The position numbers and the translations under genes were made by a program. Positions 37,057-45,988 of a stretch of 64,000 nt of DNA are shown piece by piece. Where the stretch lies: positions 6,759 through 70,758 of the forward strand of contig DASUZB010000105.1 in the NCBI GenBank assembly GCA_036377075.1. Direction: 5' to 3'. The stretch comes from Actinomycetes bacterium (GTDB lineage: Bacteria; Actinomycetota; CALGFH01). Every line of letters starts with the position of its first letter. Within the stretch, counting starts at the first letter, position 1. The notes under the pieces were generated by a model that was not told the DNA's origin, ran no database searches, and saw only the letters and a program-made list of their open reading frames with translations.

Positions 37057-38051
37057 ACGACCTCGAGACCCTGCACGACGCCTGGAGCCCGCCCGAGGCT
37101 CCGTCGCACGCCGCCTACGCCGAGGCGCGTGCGGCCCTGCTGGCGCGCGCCGCCGGCGACCCTGGGCGCGCGCCCGCGCGGCGGCTCCGGCTGCCCCGGA
37201 TCGGCGTCAGGCGCGTGGCCGTCGGCGCGCTCGCCCTGGCGCTCGCGGCCGGCGTGACCGTCGTCGAGAACCTGGGCGGCACCGACCCGCACGGGCGGCC
37301 GAGGTCGATCGTGCCGGGCCTGTCCGGCACGCAGGTCGCCAACGCGGCCGAGGCGCTGGAGCGCGCGGCCGTCTTCGCGGAGACCAGGGCGGCGCTCACG
37401 CCGCGGCCGAACCAGTGGATCTTCACCAAGGAGCGGGTCAGCTTCTTGACGCCTGGTCCCAACAAGGGCCACGTCAACTACGGCTGGGGGCGGGTGGACG
37501 GCAAGGGGACCGCCTTCCTCGACGAGAACGGCAAGCTCCGCTTCCGGCCGGCGATCAAGCCGCCCACGGGCCGCCACGCGAGGAAGCTGCCGCCGGAGCC
37601 GTGGACCTACCCGGCGCTCACCAAGCTGCCCACCGACCCTCACGCCCTGCTGCGCTGGGTGCGCAAGTCCAGCGGCGGCTCCGACTGGGCGGCTGAGGCC
37701 TTCGACCAGTTCACCGCGATCCTGCGGCGCGGCGGCCTGGTGCCACCGAAGCTGGAGGCGGCGGTCTTCCGTGCGATGGCGCGGCTCCCCGGAGTGAGGC
37801 TCAGCCAGGGCCCCGCCGTCGAGGGCCACGCGACGCTGGCCGTCGGCCGAACGAACGGCTCCCTGTACGAGGGGGTGCTGCTGGACCGCAAGACGTTCGC
37901 CTACCGGGGTGAGCGGACCAAGCTCGTCAAGGAGGACGTGGGCTTCGAGCGGGCCAAGGGCATCGGGCCGGTCGGCCACGCGAAGGGCACCGTCTGGCTC
38001 TTCGAGCGCCTCGTCACCGCGGTCGTCGACCGGCCGGGCCAGCTTCCCTGA
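37053..38051 (+). CDS. CU044_5270-like membrane protein (putative ECF partner/anti-sigma-like)
   Basis: ATGA overlap with the sigma gene. N-terminus MNDLETLHDAWSPPEAPS followed by one TM helix (VAVGALALALAAGVTVV) and a C-terminal extracytoplasmic domain of about 260 aa. Confidence 0.6.
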   Translation: MNDLETLHDAWSPPEAPSHAAYAEARAALLARAAGDPGRAPARRLRLPRIGVRRVAVGALALALAAGVTVVENLGGTDPHGRPRSIVPGLSGTQVANAAEALERAAVFAETRAALTPRPNQWIFTKERVSFLTPGPNKGHVNYGWGRVDGKGTAFLDENGKLRFRPAIKPPTGRHARKLPPEPWTYPALTKLPTDPHALLRWVRKSSGGSDWAAEAFDQFTAILRRGGLVPPKLEAAVFRAMARLPGVRLSQGPAVEGHATLAVGRTNGSLYEGVLLDRKTFAYRGERTKLVKEDVGFERAKGIGPVGHAKGTVWLFERLVTAVVDRPGQLP

Positions 38052-38127
38052 GCCCGGCCGGCGGGCCGGCCCGGGCGCCGGAGCGGGGGGTCGGCGCCCA
38101 GGCCGGCCGGGGGGCGGGAAGGTCGAG

Positions 38128-38155
38128 CGGCCCGGCCGCGGTGGCGGCCGGGCCG
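38128..38155. terminator. bidirectional terminator hairpin between convergent genes
   Basis: cggcccggccgc-ggtg-gcggccgggccg forms a perfect 12-bp stem. Confidence 0.55.
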
Positions 38156-38159
38156 GTGG

Positions 38160-38708
38160 CTATCGCAGGCTCCGGCGCCGCCGTGCCGCCAGGCCGATCA
38201 GCACCAGGACCGTGGCCGGCATCGCCGCGGCCAGCGGCAGGATGCCGCCAGCGTTGAGGGTTCGCTGCTGGGCGACGCCGAGCCGGAGGGTGTTGCTGGC
38301 GGCGACGCTGGCGGCTCCCTGCTCGGCGGTGACGGCCACGTACAGCACGAAGCGTCCGGTGTTGACGGCCTGCACGTTCCAGGTGAGCCGGGTGGTGGCG
38401 TGGGCGGCGAGGGTGCCCGCGTAGGCGGTGCGGCTGGTGGACCAGTCCTCCGGGTCGACGTAGACGTCAGGGTCGAGGCTGAGCACGTTGAGGTGGGCGA
38501 CCACCGCGGGGACGGGCCGGTCGCCGTCGTTGCGGACGGTCGAGGTGAAGCTGAACCGCTGCCCGATGCTGGTGGCGATGGTGGTCTGGTCGAGCGCCAC
38601 CGACAGCGCGGGCCGGTCCGGGCTCGACGCGGCGCCTGGCGCGGCCGCCGCCGCCCCGGGAGCCAGCACGGCGGCCAGCGCGAGCGCCGCCGCCAGGGCC
38701 CGCCTCAC
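38160..38708 (-). CDS. secreted Ig-like (CARDB/NEW3-like) protein with C-terminal TM anchor
   Basis: GTG at 38708 overlaps the permease stop (GTGA), with RBS gggagg. It has a signal peptide, a beta-rich middle segment (FSFTSTVRNDGDRPVPAVVAHLNV), and a C-terminal helix followed by RRRRSLR. Confidence 0.6.
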   Translation of the reverse strand: MRRALAAALALAAVLAPGAAAAAPGAASSPDRPALSVALDQTTIATSIGQRFSFTSTVRNDGDRPVPAVVAHLNVLSLDPDVYVDPEDWSTSRTAYAGTLAAHATTRLTWNVQAVNTGRFVLYVAVTAEQGAASVAASNTLRLGVAQQRTLNAGGILPLAAAMPATVLVLIGLAARRRRSLR

Positions 38709-39514
38709 GACCGCCTCCCGGGGTGGAGGGTGAGGCTGCCGGCGGCGGCCAGTGCCGCGGCGACGGCGAGGGCGGCGGCCACCACCGGGCCGACCAGCCA
38801 GCCGGCGTCCTGGCCGGGGCTGTGCCCCTCGAGCACCAGCTTGCCGAGGTAGCGCAGGCCGGAGGTGAACGGGTCGGCGCGCAGCAGCAGCCCGCCGAGC
38901 CAGCCCTGCTGCACCGACGACGGCATCTGCGTCGGCGCGTACAGGGCCAGCAGCGCGAACAGGCTCACCGACAGGCTCAGCCGGTTGGACTGGGACAGCG
39001 TGCTGACCAGCAGGCCGTAGCCGGCCAGGAACAGGGCCAGGAGGCTGCCGACCACCAGGCCGCTTACCACCGCCACCCCGCCGACGCCGACCCCGTGGCC
39101 GAGGTACCAGACGTAGGGAATGGACAGCACCCAGGCGCCGAGCCACAGCGACAGCGTGGCGAGCGCCTTCCCGACGATCAGGGCGCGCCGTGGCGCCGGG
39201 CTCAGAAGCAGGCTCTCGAGCGTGCCGCGCTCGCGCTCGCCGCTGACGGCGTCGGCCGCGCCGAGCAGCACCAGCAACGCGCCCACGGCGACGGCGACCT
39301 GCAGCGTCAGGCTGACGGCCTCGCGCTGCTCCAGGAAGTTGAGCGCCTGGTTGGTGGCGACCAGGTAGGAGGTGACGCTGAGCAGCAGCGCGTAGACGAA
39401 CATCAGCGGCAGCCCGCGCCCGGCGAGCCAGAGGTCGCGCAGCTCCCGCTCGCCGGTGACCAGCCACGCTCCCCTGCCGGCGGCGGCCGGCCGGCTGCCG
39501 GCCGTGGCGGCCAT
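38705..39514 (-). CDS. ABC-2 type transporter permease
   Basis: ATG at 39514 overlaps the ATPase TGA. 269 aa with about 6 TM helices. Includes the ERERGTLESLLLSP motif typical of NosY/ABC-2-like permeases. Confidence 0.8.
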   Translation of the reverse strand: MAATAGSRPAAAGRGAWLVTGERELRDLWLAGRGLPLMFVYALLLSVTSYLVATNQALNFLEQREAVSLTLQVAVAVGALLVLLGAADAVSGERERGTLESLLLSPAPRRALIVGKALATLSLWLGAWVLSIPYVWYLGHGVGVGGVAVVSGLVVGSLLALFLAGYGLLVSTLSQSNRLSLSVSLFALLALYAPTQMPSSVQQGWLGGLLLRADPFTSGLRYLGKLVLEGHSPGQDAGWLVGPVVAAALAVAAALAAAGSLTLHPGRRS

Positions 39515-40551
39515 CAGGCACCCTCCGTGACCGCGAGGAAGGCGTCGCCGAGGCGGCCGCCCTCGAGCGAGAAGCCGAGCACGGGCACGCCGGCGTCGAG
39601 CAGGGTTCCCAGCGCCTTGGCCGCGGCGGCCTCGGGCTCCAGCTCGGCGGGCAGGCGCAGCTCCAGCTCGCCGGTGTGGTCGCCGTCGACGGCCGCCGCG
39701 TCCACGGCGGCGGCCGCGAGCACCTCGACGGCGCGGTCGCGCAGCTCGGGCGGGACCTTGACCAGGCCGCGGCGCGGCACCGCGGCGCTGCGCACCACCT
39801 CGGCGACGGTGCCGTGCGCCACCACCCGGCCGCGGTTGAGGATCAGCACCCGGTCGCAGGCCTGCTCCACCTCGGCGAGCAGGTGGGTGCTCAGCACCAC
39901 GGTGACGCCGTGCTGGCGCACGATCCGCTCCATCACCTCGAGCATCTGCAGCTGGCCGATCGGGTCCAGGCCGAGCGTCGGCTCGTCGAGGAAGACGACC
40001 TGGGGGTCGTTCACCAGCGCCCGGGCGATCCCGAGGCGCTGCCGCATGCCGCGGCTGTAGCCGGAGACGAGCGAGCCGCCGCGCTCGGCGAGGCCGACCT
40101 CGGCCAGCAGCCTGCGCGCGGTGGCGTGGGCGTCCCCGCGCGAGCTGCCGAACAGCATCGCGTGGAAGGTGAGCCACTCCTCCCCCGTCTGCCCCTGCGG
40201 GTAGCCGGCGCTCTCGGGGAGCACGCCGAGGCGGCGGCGGATCTCCGCCGGTCGGCCCTGCGGCACGCCCGCCACCGTGAACCAGCCGGCGTCCGGCCGG
40301 ATGATGGTCGACAGCATCCGGATCGCGGTGGTCTTCCCGGCGCCGTTCGGGCCGAGCAGGCCCAGGACGGTGCCCGCCTCCACCTCCAGGTCGAGCGACT
40401 CGACGGCCGGCACGTCGCCGTACGACTTGCGCAGCCCGCGCGCCTCGAGCGCCAGTGGCCTCGACACCGTCAGCCGCTCCACCGGCCAGGACGATCCCGA
40501 CGTGACCGCATCCGCTTCCCCCCGTCGCCGCGACTGAACCGCGCCCTCCAT
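39514..40551 (-). CDS. ABC transporter ATP-binding protein (ABC-2 type, with C-terminal extension)
   Basis: Walker A GPNGAGKTT, signature YSRGMRQR, Walker B VVFLDEPTLGLD. Confidence 0.9.
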   Translation of the reverse strand: MEGAVQSRRRGEADAVTSGSSWPVERLTVSRPLALEARGLRKSYGDVPAVESLDLEVEAGTVLGLLGPNGAGKTTAIRMLSTIIRPDAGWFTVAGVPQGRPAEIRRRLGVLPESAGYPQGQTGEEWLTFHAMLFGSSRGDAHATARRLLAEVGLAERGGSLVSGYSRGMRQRLGIARALVNDPQVVFLDEPTLGLDPIGQLQMLEVMERIVRQHGVTVVLSTHLLAEVEQACDRVLILNRGRVVAHGTVAEVVRSAAVPRRGLVKVPPELRDRAVEVLAAAAVDAAAVDGDHTGELELRLPAELEPEAAAAKALGTLLDAGVPVLGFSLEGGRLGDAFLAVTEGA

Positions 40552-40620
40552 GCGGTTATCGGCAGCGCAAGTGTGCCGCCGAATCCTGAACGCTGGCTGA
40601 ACTGCCACATCCTGGGCGCG

Positions 40621-41865
40621 TCAGCGGAAGACCCCGGTGTGGCCGAGGGAGTAGCGGCCCGGCTGCGGGTAGACCGCCAGGCCGTGCGGCGCGGGGCCGA
40701 CCGGGATGCGGGCGAGCAGGTGCCCGTTGCGGGTGTCGATGGCGTACACCTCCGCCGCGTGGCGTCCCGACAGCCACAGCACCCGGCCGTCGGCCGAGAC
40801 GCCGCCCATGTCGGGGCTGCCACCGCCGGGCAGGCGCCAGGTGTGGACCACCTTGCGGGTGGCGAACGAGATCAGCGAGACCGAGCCGGCGCCGCGGTTG
40901 GACACGTACAGCACGCGCGAGTCCCGGCTGGCGTAGAGCCCGTGGGCGCCCTTGCCGGTCGGCACGAACCCGAGCACCCGCAGCCGCGCGGCGTCGAGCA
41001 CCCAGACGCCGCCCTTGGCCAGGTCGGCGACGTAGAAGACGCTGCCGTCGGGGGCGAGCTTGACGTCCTGGGGCATCGCGCCGGCGTCGAGCCGCACCAC
41101 GCCGGTCACCTCCTCCCGCGCCACGTCGACCTGGACCAGCTCGGCGCTGAACTCGCAGCTCGCCAGCAGGAAGCGGCCGTCGGCGCTGAAGTCCATGTGG
41201 TCGACGCCCTCGCACGGCACCGGCAGGGCGTGCCGCAGCCGCATGCTGTGCGGGTCGCGGAAGTCGAGGCGGCGCAGGGCTTCGGCCACCACGATCGCGC
41301 GGCGGCCGTCGGGGGTGAAGTACAGGTTGTAGGGGTCGTCCACGTGGACGGTGCGGACCGGGCGGCCCTTGGCCGGGTCGACCGCGGTGAGGGTGTCGCC
41401 CTGGTTGTTGCCGACCCACAGGGTGCGCAGGTCCCACGAGGGGGTGACGTGCTGGGGCTGCCGCCCGACGGTGAAGCGCCCGACGCGGCGGAAGCTGCGC
41501 GCGTCGATCACCTCGACGGTGTTGCCGCCGCTGTCGGGCACGTAGACGCGGGCGGGGAAGCGGCGCACGACCCGGCTGAGCTGCCCGGGGCGGTCGGCGG
41601 CGTAGACGTCGCCGGGATCGAGCGGCGGCGGCATCCCCGGCAGCAGGCCCGACTCGGTCGGCGGCGCCTGGCGGACGCCCGCGGCGTCCGCGACCACGCC
41701 CTTGCCGGCCGCCGGCCGACCGGCCGCGGGCCGGCCGGGCTCCTGGCCCGGCAGCGGCAGGTAGGCTGCGGCGACGGACGCCAGCGCCAGGGCGGCGACG
41801 GCGAGCACTCTGGTGCGACGGACACGGGTCGGCACGGGGCGGCCCGTGGCGGGGCGGCTCAGCAT
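40621..41865 (-). CDS. secreted YVTN/YncE-like beta-propeller repeat protein
   Basis: ATG at 41865 preceded by aggagg. It has a signal peptide. Repeated segments of about 40 residues (VYVPDSGGNTVEVID, LWVGNNQGDTLTAVD, VFYVADLAKGGVWVLD, LYVSNRGAGSVSLISF) are present. Confidence 0.8.
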   Translation of the reverse strand: MLSRPATGRPVPTRVRRTRVLAVAALALASVAAAYLPLPGQEPGRPAAGRPAAGKGVVADAAGVRQAPPTESGLLPGMPPPLDPGDVYAADRPGQLSRVVRRFPARVYVPDSGGNTVEVIDARSFRRVGRFTVGRQPQHVTPSWDLRTLWVGNNQGDTLTAVDPAKGRPVRTVHVDDPYNLYFTPDGRRAIVVAEALRRLDFRDPHSMRLRHALPVPCEGVDHMDFSADGRFLLASCEFSAELVQVDVAREEVTGVVRLDAGAMPQDVKLAPDGSVFYVADLAKGGVWVLDAARLRVLGFVPTGKGAHGLYASRDSRVLYVSNRGAGSVSLISFATRKVVHTWRLPGGGSPDMGGVSADGRVLWLSGRHAAEVYAIDTRNGHLLARIPVGPAPHGLAVYPQPGRYSLGHTGVFR

Positions 41866-42063
41866 CGGGACCTCCTGCAACGACCGGGTCTCCCGGCCGG
41901 TCGCGGCCAAACCGGGGGGGCACGGCGACGGCGGCCACGGCGGCGGGTGCTGCGCAACCACGCGATCCTGGACGTCGAAGCTGAACCTCACCTGACGGCG
42001 GCGCTGCTGCCAGCCCGTTCAGCGCAGGTTCAGCAGCGGCGCGATACTGGAGCGTCCGGGGGG

Positions 42064-42747
42064 ATGGCCGTGAAACTGCTGCTGGTCGAGGACGACAAGA
42101 AGATCGCCACCGCGGTCAAGCGGGGCCTCGAGGCCGAGGGCTTCACCGTCGAGGTCGCCTTCGACGGCGACGACGGGCTGTGGCTGGCCAGCGAGGGCGC
42201 CTACGACCTGATCGTGCTCGACATCCTGCTCCCCCGCCGCAACGGCTACCGGATCTGCGCCGACCTGCGCGCGGCCGGCAACTGGACCCCGATCCTGATG
42301 CTCACCGCCAAGGACGGCGACCTGGACGAGGCCGAGGCGCTCGACACCGGCGCGGACGACTACCTCACCAAGCCGTTCTCGTTCCCGGTGCTGGTCGCGA
42401 GGGTCCGCGCCCTGGTGCGCCGCACCACCGGCCGCAACCCGGCACCGGTGGTGGTCGGCGACCTGCGCATCGACCCGGGCGAGCGGCGCGCCTGGCGTGG
42501 CGACGACGAGCTGACCCTCACCGCACGCGAGTTCGAGGTGCTCGAGTTCCTGCTGCGCCGCGCCGGCCAGGTGCTGTCCAAGGACGAGATCCTCGCCGGG
42601 GTGTGGCAGCAGGACTTCGACGGCGACCCCAACATCATCGAGGTCTACGTCCGCCGCCTGCGCCGCAAGATCGACGAGCCGTACGGCCGCCGCTCCATCA
42701 CGACGGTCAGGGGTGCCGGCTACCGGCTCAGCGACGATGACGGCTGA
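42064..42747 (+). CDS. OmpR/PhoB-family response regulator
   Basis: Receiver motifs LLLVEDD, LIVLDILLP, LTAKD and YLTKPF. Winged helix motifs LTAREFEVLEFLL and TVRGAGYRL. Confidence 0.95.
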   Translation: MAVKLLLVEDDKKIATAVKRGLEAEGFTVEVAFDGDDGLWLASEGAYDLIVLDILLPRRNGYRICADLRAAGNWTPILMLTAKDGDLDEAEALDTGADDYLTKPFSFPVLVARVRALVRRTTGRNPAPVVVGDLRIDPGERRAWRGDDELTLTAREFEVLEFLLRRAGQVLSKDEILAGVWQQDFDGDPNIIEVYVRRLRRKIDEPYGRRSITTVRGAGYRLSDDDG

Positions 42748-44116
42748 TCCCCGATCCCGGCTGCGGCGGGTCGCCGCCAGCGTGCAGTTCCGCGTCACCG
42801 CGATGGCCGTGCTCGCCGTGGCGGCGGTGCTGGTCGCGGCCGGCGTGGGCCTGGTGGTGGCGCAGCGGCGGCTGCTCACCGCGAACGTCGAGTACGCCAT
42901 CGAGCTGGGCGCCGACGACCTCGCCGCGCGCGTCGCCGCCGGCCCGGTGAGCGGGACGCTCAGCGGGGTCGAGGGCAGCACCGCCCAGGTGGTGACGCTC
43001 GACGGCAAGGTGCTGGCCGCCACCGCCGACGTCGGCGGCCAGCCGCCCATCGGGCGGCCGCCGCCCGCCGGCCAGCGCGAGAGCCTGCGCAGCATCCCCA
43101 GCCTGCCGGGCACCAACGACCCGTACCGGGTGCTGAGCCGGCGGGTCGACGGCCGCGACGGGCCCGTCCTCCTGCTCGTCGCCGGCGCCCTCGACGACGT
43201 CGAGGAGAGCGGCCGCGTGCTGACCGCCAGCCTGAGCGTGGCCGCCCCGGCGCTGGTCGCCGTGCTGGCCGCGCTCATCTGGACCCTGGTCGGCCGCACC
43301 CTGCGGCCGGTCGAGGCGATCCGCGCCGAGGTCGCCGGCATCGGCGGCACCGACCTGCACCGCCGCGTCCCGCAGCCGGGCGGCGGCGACGAGATCGCCC
43401 GCCTGGCCCGCACCATGAACGCCATGCTCGACCGGCTCGAGGACGCCACCGGGCGGCAGCAGCGCTTCGTCGCCGACGCCTCCCACGAGCTGCGCAGCCC
43501 GCTGACCAGGATCCGCTCCGAGCTGGAGGTCGACCTCGCCCACCCGGACACCGCCGCGCTCGCCGCCACCCACCGCAGCGTGCTCGAGGAGACCGTCGCG
43601 CTGCAGCGCCTGGTCGAGGACCTGCTCCACCTCGCCCGCAGCGACGCCGGCGCCGTCACCACCCGCCACGAGCCGGTCGACCTCGACGACATCGTGCTGC
43701 GCGCGGCCGCCCGCCTGCGCGCGGACGGGCGCGTCAAGGTGGACATCAGCGGCGTCTCGGCCGCGCAGGTCCACGGCGACCCCGACCAGCTCGCCCGCAC
43801 CGTGCGCAACCTCACCGACAACGCCGCCCGCCACGCCGACAGCACCGTCACGCTCGCCCTCACCGAGCAGGACCACGCCGCCGTCCTCAGCGTCGCCGAC
43901 GACGGCCCCGGCATCCCCGCCGACCAGCGCGACCGCGTCTTCGAGCGCTTCACCCGCCTGGACGAGGCCCGCACCGCCGGCGGCACCGGCCTGGGCCTGG
44001 CGATCACCCGCGAGATCATCGAGCGCCACCACGGCAGCATCACGATCGACGCGAGCCACCACCCCGGCACCAGGTTCGTGGTGACCCTTCCCACGGATGC
44101 CCAGCAGTCAGGTTGA
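42737..44116 (+). CDS. sensor histidine kinase (TM-sensor-TM-HAMP-HisKA-HATPase)
   Basis: The start overlaps the regulator's 3' end. H-box ASHELRSPLT. N/G boxes NLTDNAARHA, DDGPGIP and GTGLGLAITREIIERHHG. Confidence 0.9.
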   Translation: MTADPRSRLRRVAASVQFRVTAMAVLAVAAVLVAAGVGLVVAQRRLLTANVEYAIELGADDLAARVAAGPVSGTLSGVEGSTAQVVTLDGKVLAATADVGGQPPIGRPPPAGQRESLRSIPSLPGTNDPYRVLSRRVDGRDGPVLLLVAGALDDVEESGRVLTASLSVAAPALVAVLAALIWTLVGRTLRPVEAIRAEVAGIGGTDLHRRVPQPGGGDEIARLARTMNAMLDRLEDATGRQQRFVADASHELRSPLTRIRSELEVDLAHPDTAALAATHRSVLEETVALQRLVEDLLHLARSDAGAVTTRHEPVDLDDIVLRAAARLRADGRVKVDISGVSAAQVHGDPDQLARTVRNLTDNAARHADSTVTLALTEQDHAAVLSVADDGPGIPADQRDRVFERFTRLDEARTAGGTGLGLAITREIIERHHGSITIDASHHPGTRFVVTLPTDAQQSG

Positions 44117-44132
44117 GGCTGCGGACCACCCG

Positions 44133-45077
44133 TCACCCGGAGGGGGCCCCGCCCCTGGCGGCCAGGCGGGCGCGCTGCGGACCGACCACGTAGGCCGGGT
44201 CGGCGGCGGAGGCGATGCCCGCCTTGTGGACCGCCAGCCGCTGGCAGGCGGCGCCGGCCAGCAGCATCGCCGCGCCGGCGACCGCGCCGGCGCGGCGGCG
44301 GCCGGCGAGGCCGACCGCCAGCGCCCCGGCGGCCGTGCAGGCCCTGGCCAGGTTGGCGAGCCTGCGTACCGGCCCCGCCTCGTACGGCTCGCCGAGCTCG
44401 CCGAGGCGTCGCCGCATCAGCTCGACCGAGGCGAGGTCGGCCACGGCGCCGCCGACGGCGAGGCGCCGGGCCGGGCCGGCGTCGGCGGCTGGGGTCAGCA
44501 GCAGCGCCGCGGCGCCGGCGGAGGCGGCGGCCCCGCTCGCGAACACCAGCGGCAACTCGGCGCCTGCCTCGTGCCACACCGGGACGGCGGTGTCGGCCAC
44601 CAGCACGCCGGTGTAGGTGGCCACGGCGGGGCCCAGGATGCCGGCGAGCACCTCGGCGGCGCGGCCGAGCCGTGGCAGCACGGCGAGCCGGTCGGCCAGG
44701 GCGGCGCCGACCGCCGCCGGCCCGGCGGCGGTCAGCAGCCAGCTCCCCACGTTCATCGGCGAGGTCGGCTTGAACACCCGCAGCATGTGGTGGAAGCGCG
44801 ACGGCCGGCCGAGGTCGTCGACCAGCAGCGGGAAGCTGACCAGGAAACCGGCCGCCGAGGCGGTCAGCGCCCCGGAGGCGAGCCGCCGGTTGCCCGCCAG
44901 CCGCGCGCCGAGCGCGAGGCTGGCGGAGGCGCCGGCGAGGCCGCCGGCGAAGTAGTACAGCGGCACCTCGTCGGTCCAGACCGGCTGCTTGAGGATCGGC
45001 CGGCCGTAGTACGAGCGGAACTCGGCCGGCGGCACCATCGAGACCCCCGGCTTGGTCCCGTCCCTCCGGGCGCTCAC
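44133..45077 (-). CDS. NrfD/PsrC-family integral membrane (quinone-interacting) subunit
   Basis: GTG at 45077 overlaps the Fe-S subunit stop (GTGA), with RBS gggagg. It is a polytopic membrane protein. Motifs: YYGRPILKQPVW, LYYFAGGLAG, LVDDLGRPSRFHHMLRVFKP. Confidence 0.8.
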   Translation of the reverse strand: MSARRDGTKPGVSMVPPAEFRSYYGRPILKQPVWTDEVPLYYFAGGLAGASASLALGARLAGNRRLASGALTASAAGFLVSFPLLVDDLGRPSRFHHMLRVFKPTSPMNVGSWLLTAAGPAAVGAALADRLAVLPRLGRAAEVLAGILGPAVATYTGVLVADTAVPVWHEAGAELPLVFASGAAASAGAAALLLTPAADAGPARRLAVGGAVADLASVELMRRRLGELGEPYEAGPVRRLANLARACTAAGALAVGLAGRRRAGAVAGAAMLLAGAACQRLAVHKAGIASAADPAYVVGPQRARLAARGGAPSG

Positions 45078-45988
45078 CGGCGGCCTCCCGCGAACGCGGC
45101 GGCCAGGCCCGCCACCAGCGCCCCGGCGGCCAGCCCGGCTGCCCGCCACAGCTTGGGCAGGTCGCGGGTGGTGGACACCGGGTCGGGCGGCAGGCCGTAC
45201 GCCTCCGGCTCGTCGAGCAGGAGGAAGAACGCGCCCGCGCCGCCGATCCCGTCGGCCTCGTCGCGGAGGTACAGGCGGGCCTCGGCGACGCCGCGGTCGT
45301 GCAGGGCGGCGAGCCGCCGGTCGGCCTTGGCCCGGAGCTCGTCGAGCTCGCCGAACTGGATGGAGTCGGTCGGGCAGGCGCGGGCGCAGGCCGGCTCCAT
45401 GCCGTCGCTGAGCCGGTCGTAGCAGAGCGTGCACTTGAACACGCGGCCGTCGTCCTCGCGCCGGTCGATCACCCCGAACGGGCAGGCCGGCACGCAGTAG
45501 CCGCAGCCGTTGCAGACGTCGGCCTGGACCACCACGGTGCCGAACTCGGTGCGGAACAGCGCCCCCGTCGGGCAGACCTCGAGGCACGCGGCCGAGCTGC
45601 AGTGCTTGCACACGTCCGAGCTCATCAGCCAGCGCATCCCGTCGGCGGCCTGCGGCGCCTCCAGCCCGGCCGCCTCGGCCGCGGCGGCCGCCATGTCGGG
45701 GCCTGGCTGCAGCGCGTCAGCCCCCGGGCCGGCCGGTGTGGCGCCGGGCACCTCCTGCTCGACGAAGGCGACGTGGCGCCAGGTGTCGGCGCCCAGCGCC
45801 ATGGTGTTGTCGTAGGAGTTGCCGGTGAACTCCAGCGGCCCGGACTCCGGCACCAGGTTCCATTCCTTGCAGGCGACCTCGCAGGCCTTGCAGCCGATGC
45901 AGACCGAGGTGTCGGTGAAGAAGCCGACCCGCGGCCGCGCCGCCGCGTCGTAGCCGCCGCCGAAGGTGGCGACCGGTGCCGCGCTCAT
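45074..45988 (-). CDS. formate dehydrogenase-type 4Fe-4S ferredoxin (beta) subunit with C-terminal TM helix
   Basis: ATG at 45988 overlaps the alpha-subunit stop (ATGA). Cys clusters: CIGCKACEVACKEWN, CKHCSSAACLEVCP, CNGCGYCVPACP, CTLCYDR...CARACP. Confidence 0.9.
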   Translation of the reverse strand: MSAAPVATFGGGYDAAARPRVGFFTDTSVCIGCKACEVACKEWNLVPESGPLEFTGNSYDNTMALGADTWRHVAFVEQEVPGATPAGPGADALQPGPDMAAAAAEAAGLEAPQAADGMRWLMSSDVCKHCSSAACLEVCPTGALFRTEFGTVVVQADVCNGCGYCVPACPFGVIDRREDDGRVFKCTLCYDRLSDGMEPACARACPTDSIQFGELDELRAKADRRLAALHDRGVAEARLYLRDEADGIGGAGAFFLLLDEPEAYGLPPDPVSTTRDLPKLWRAAGLAAGALVAGLAAAFAGGRR

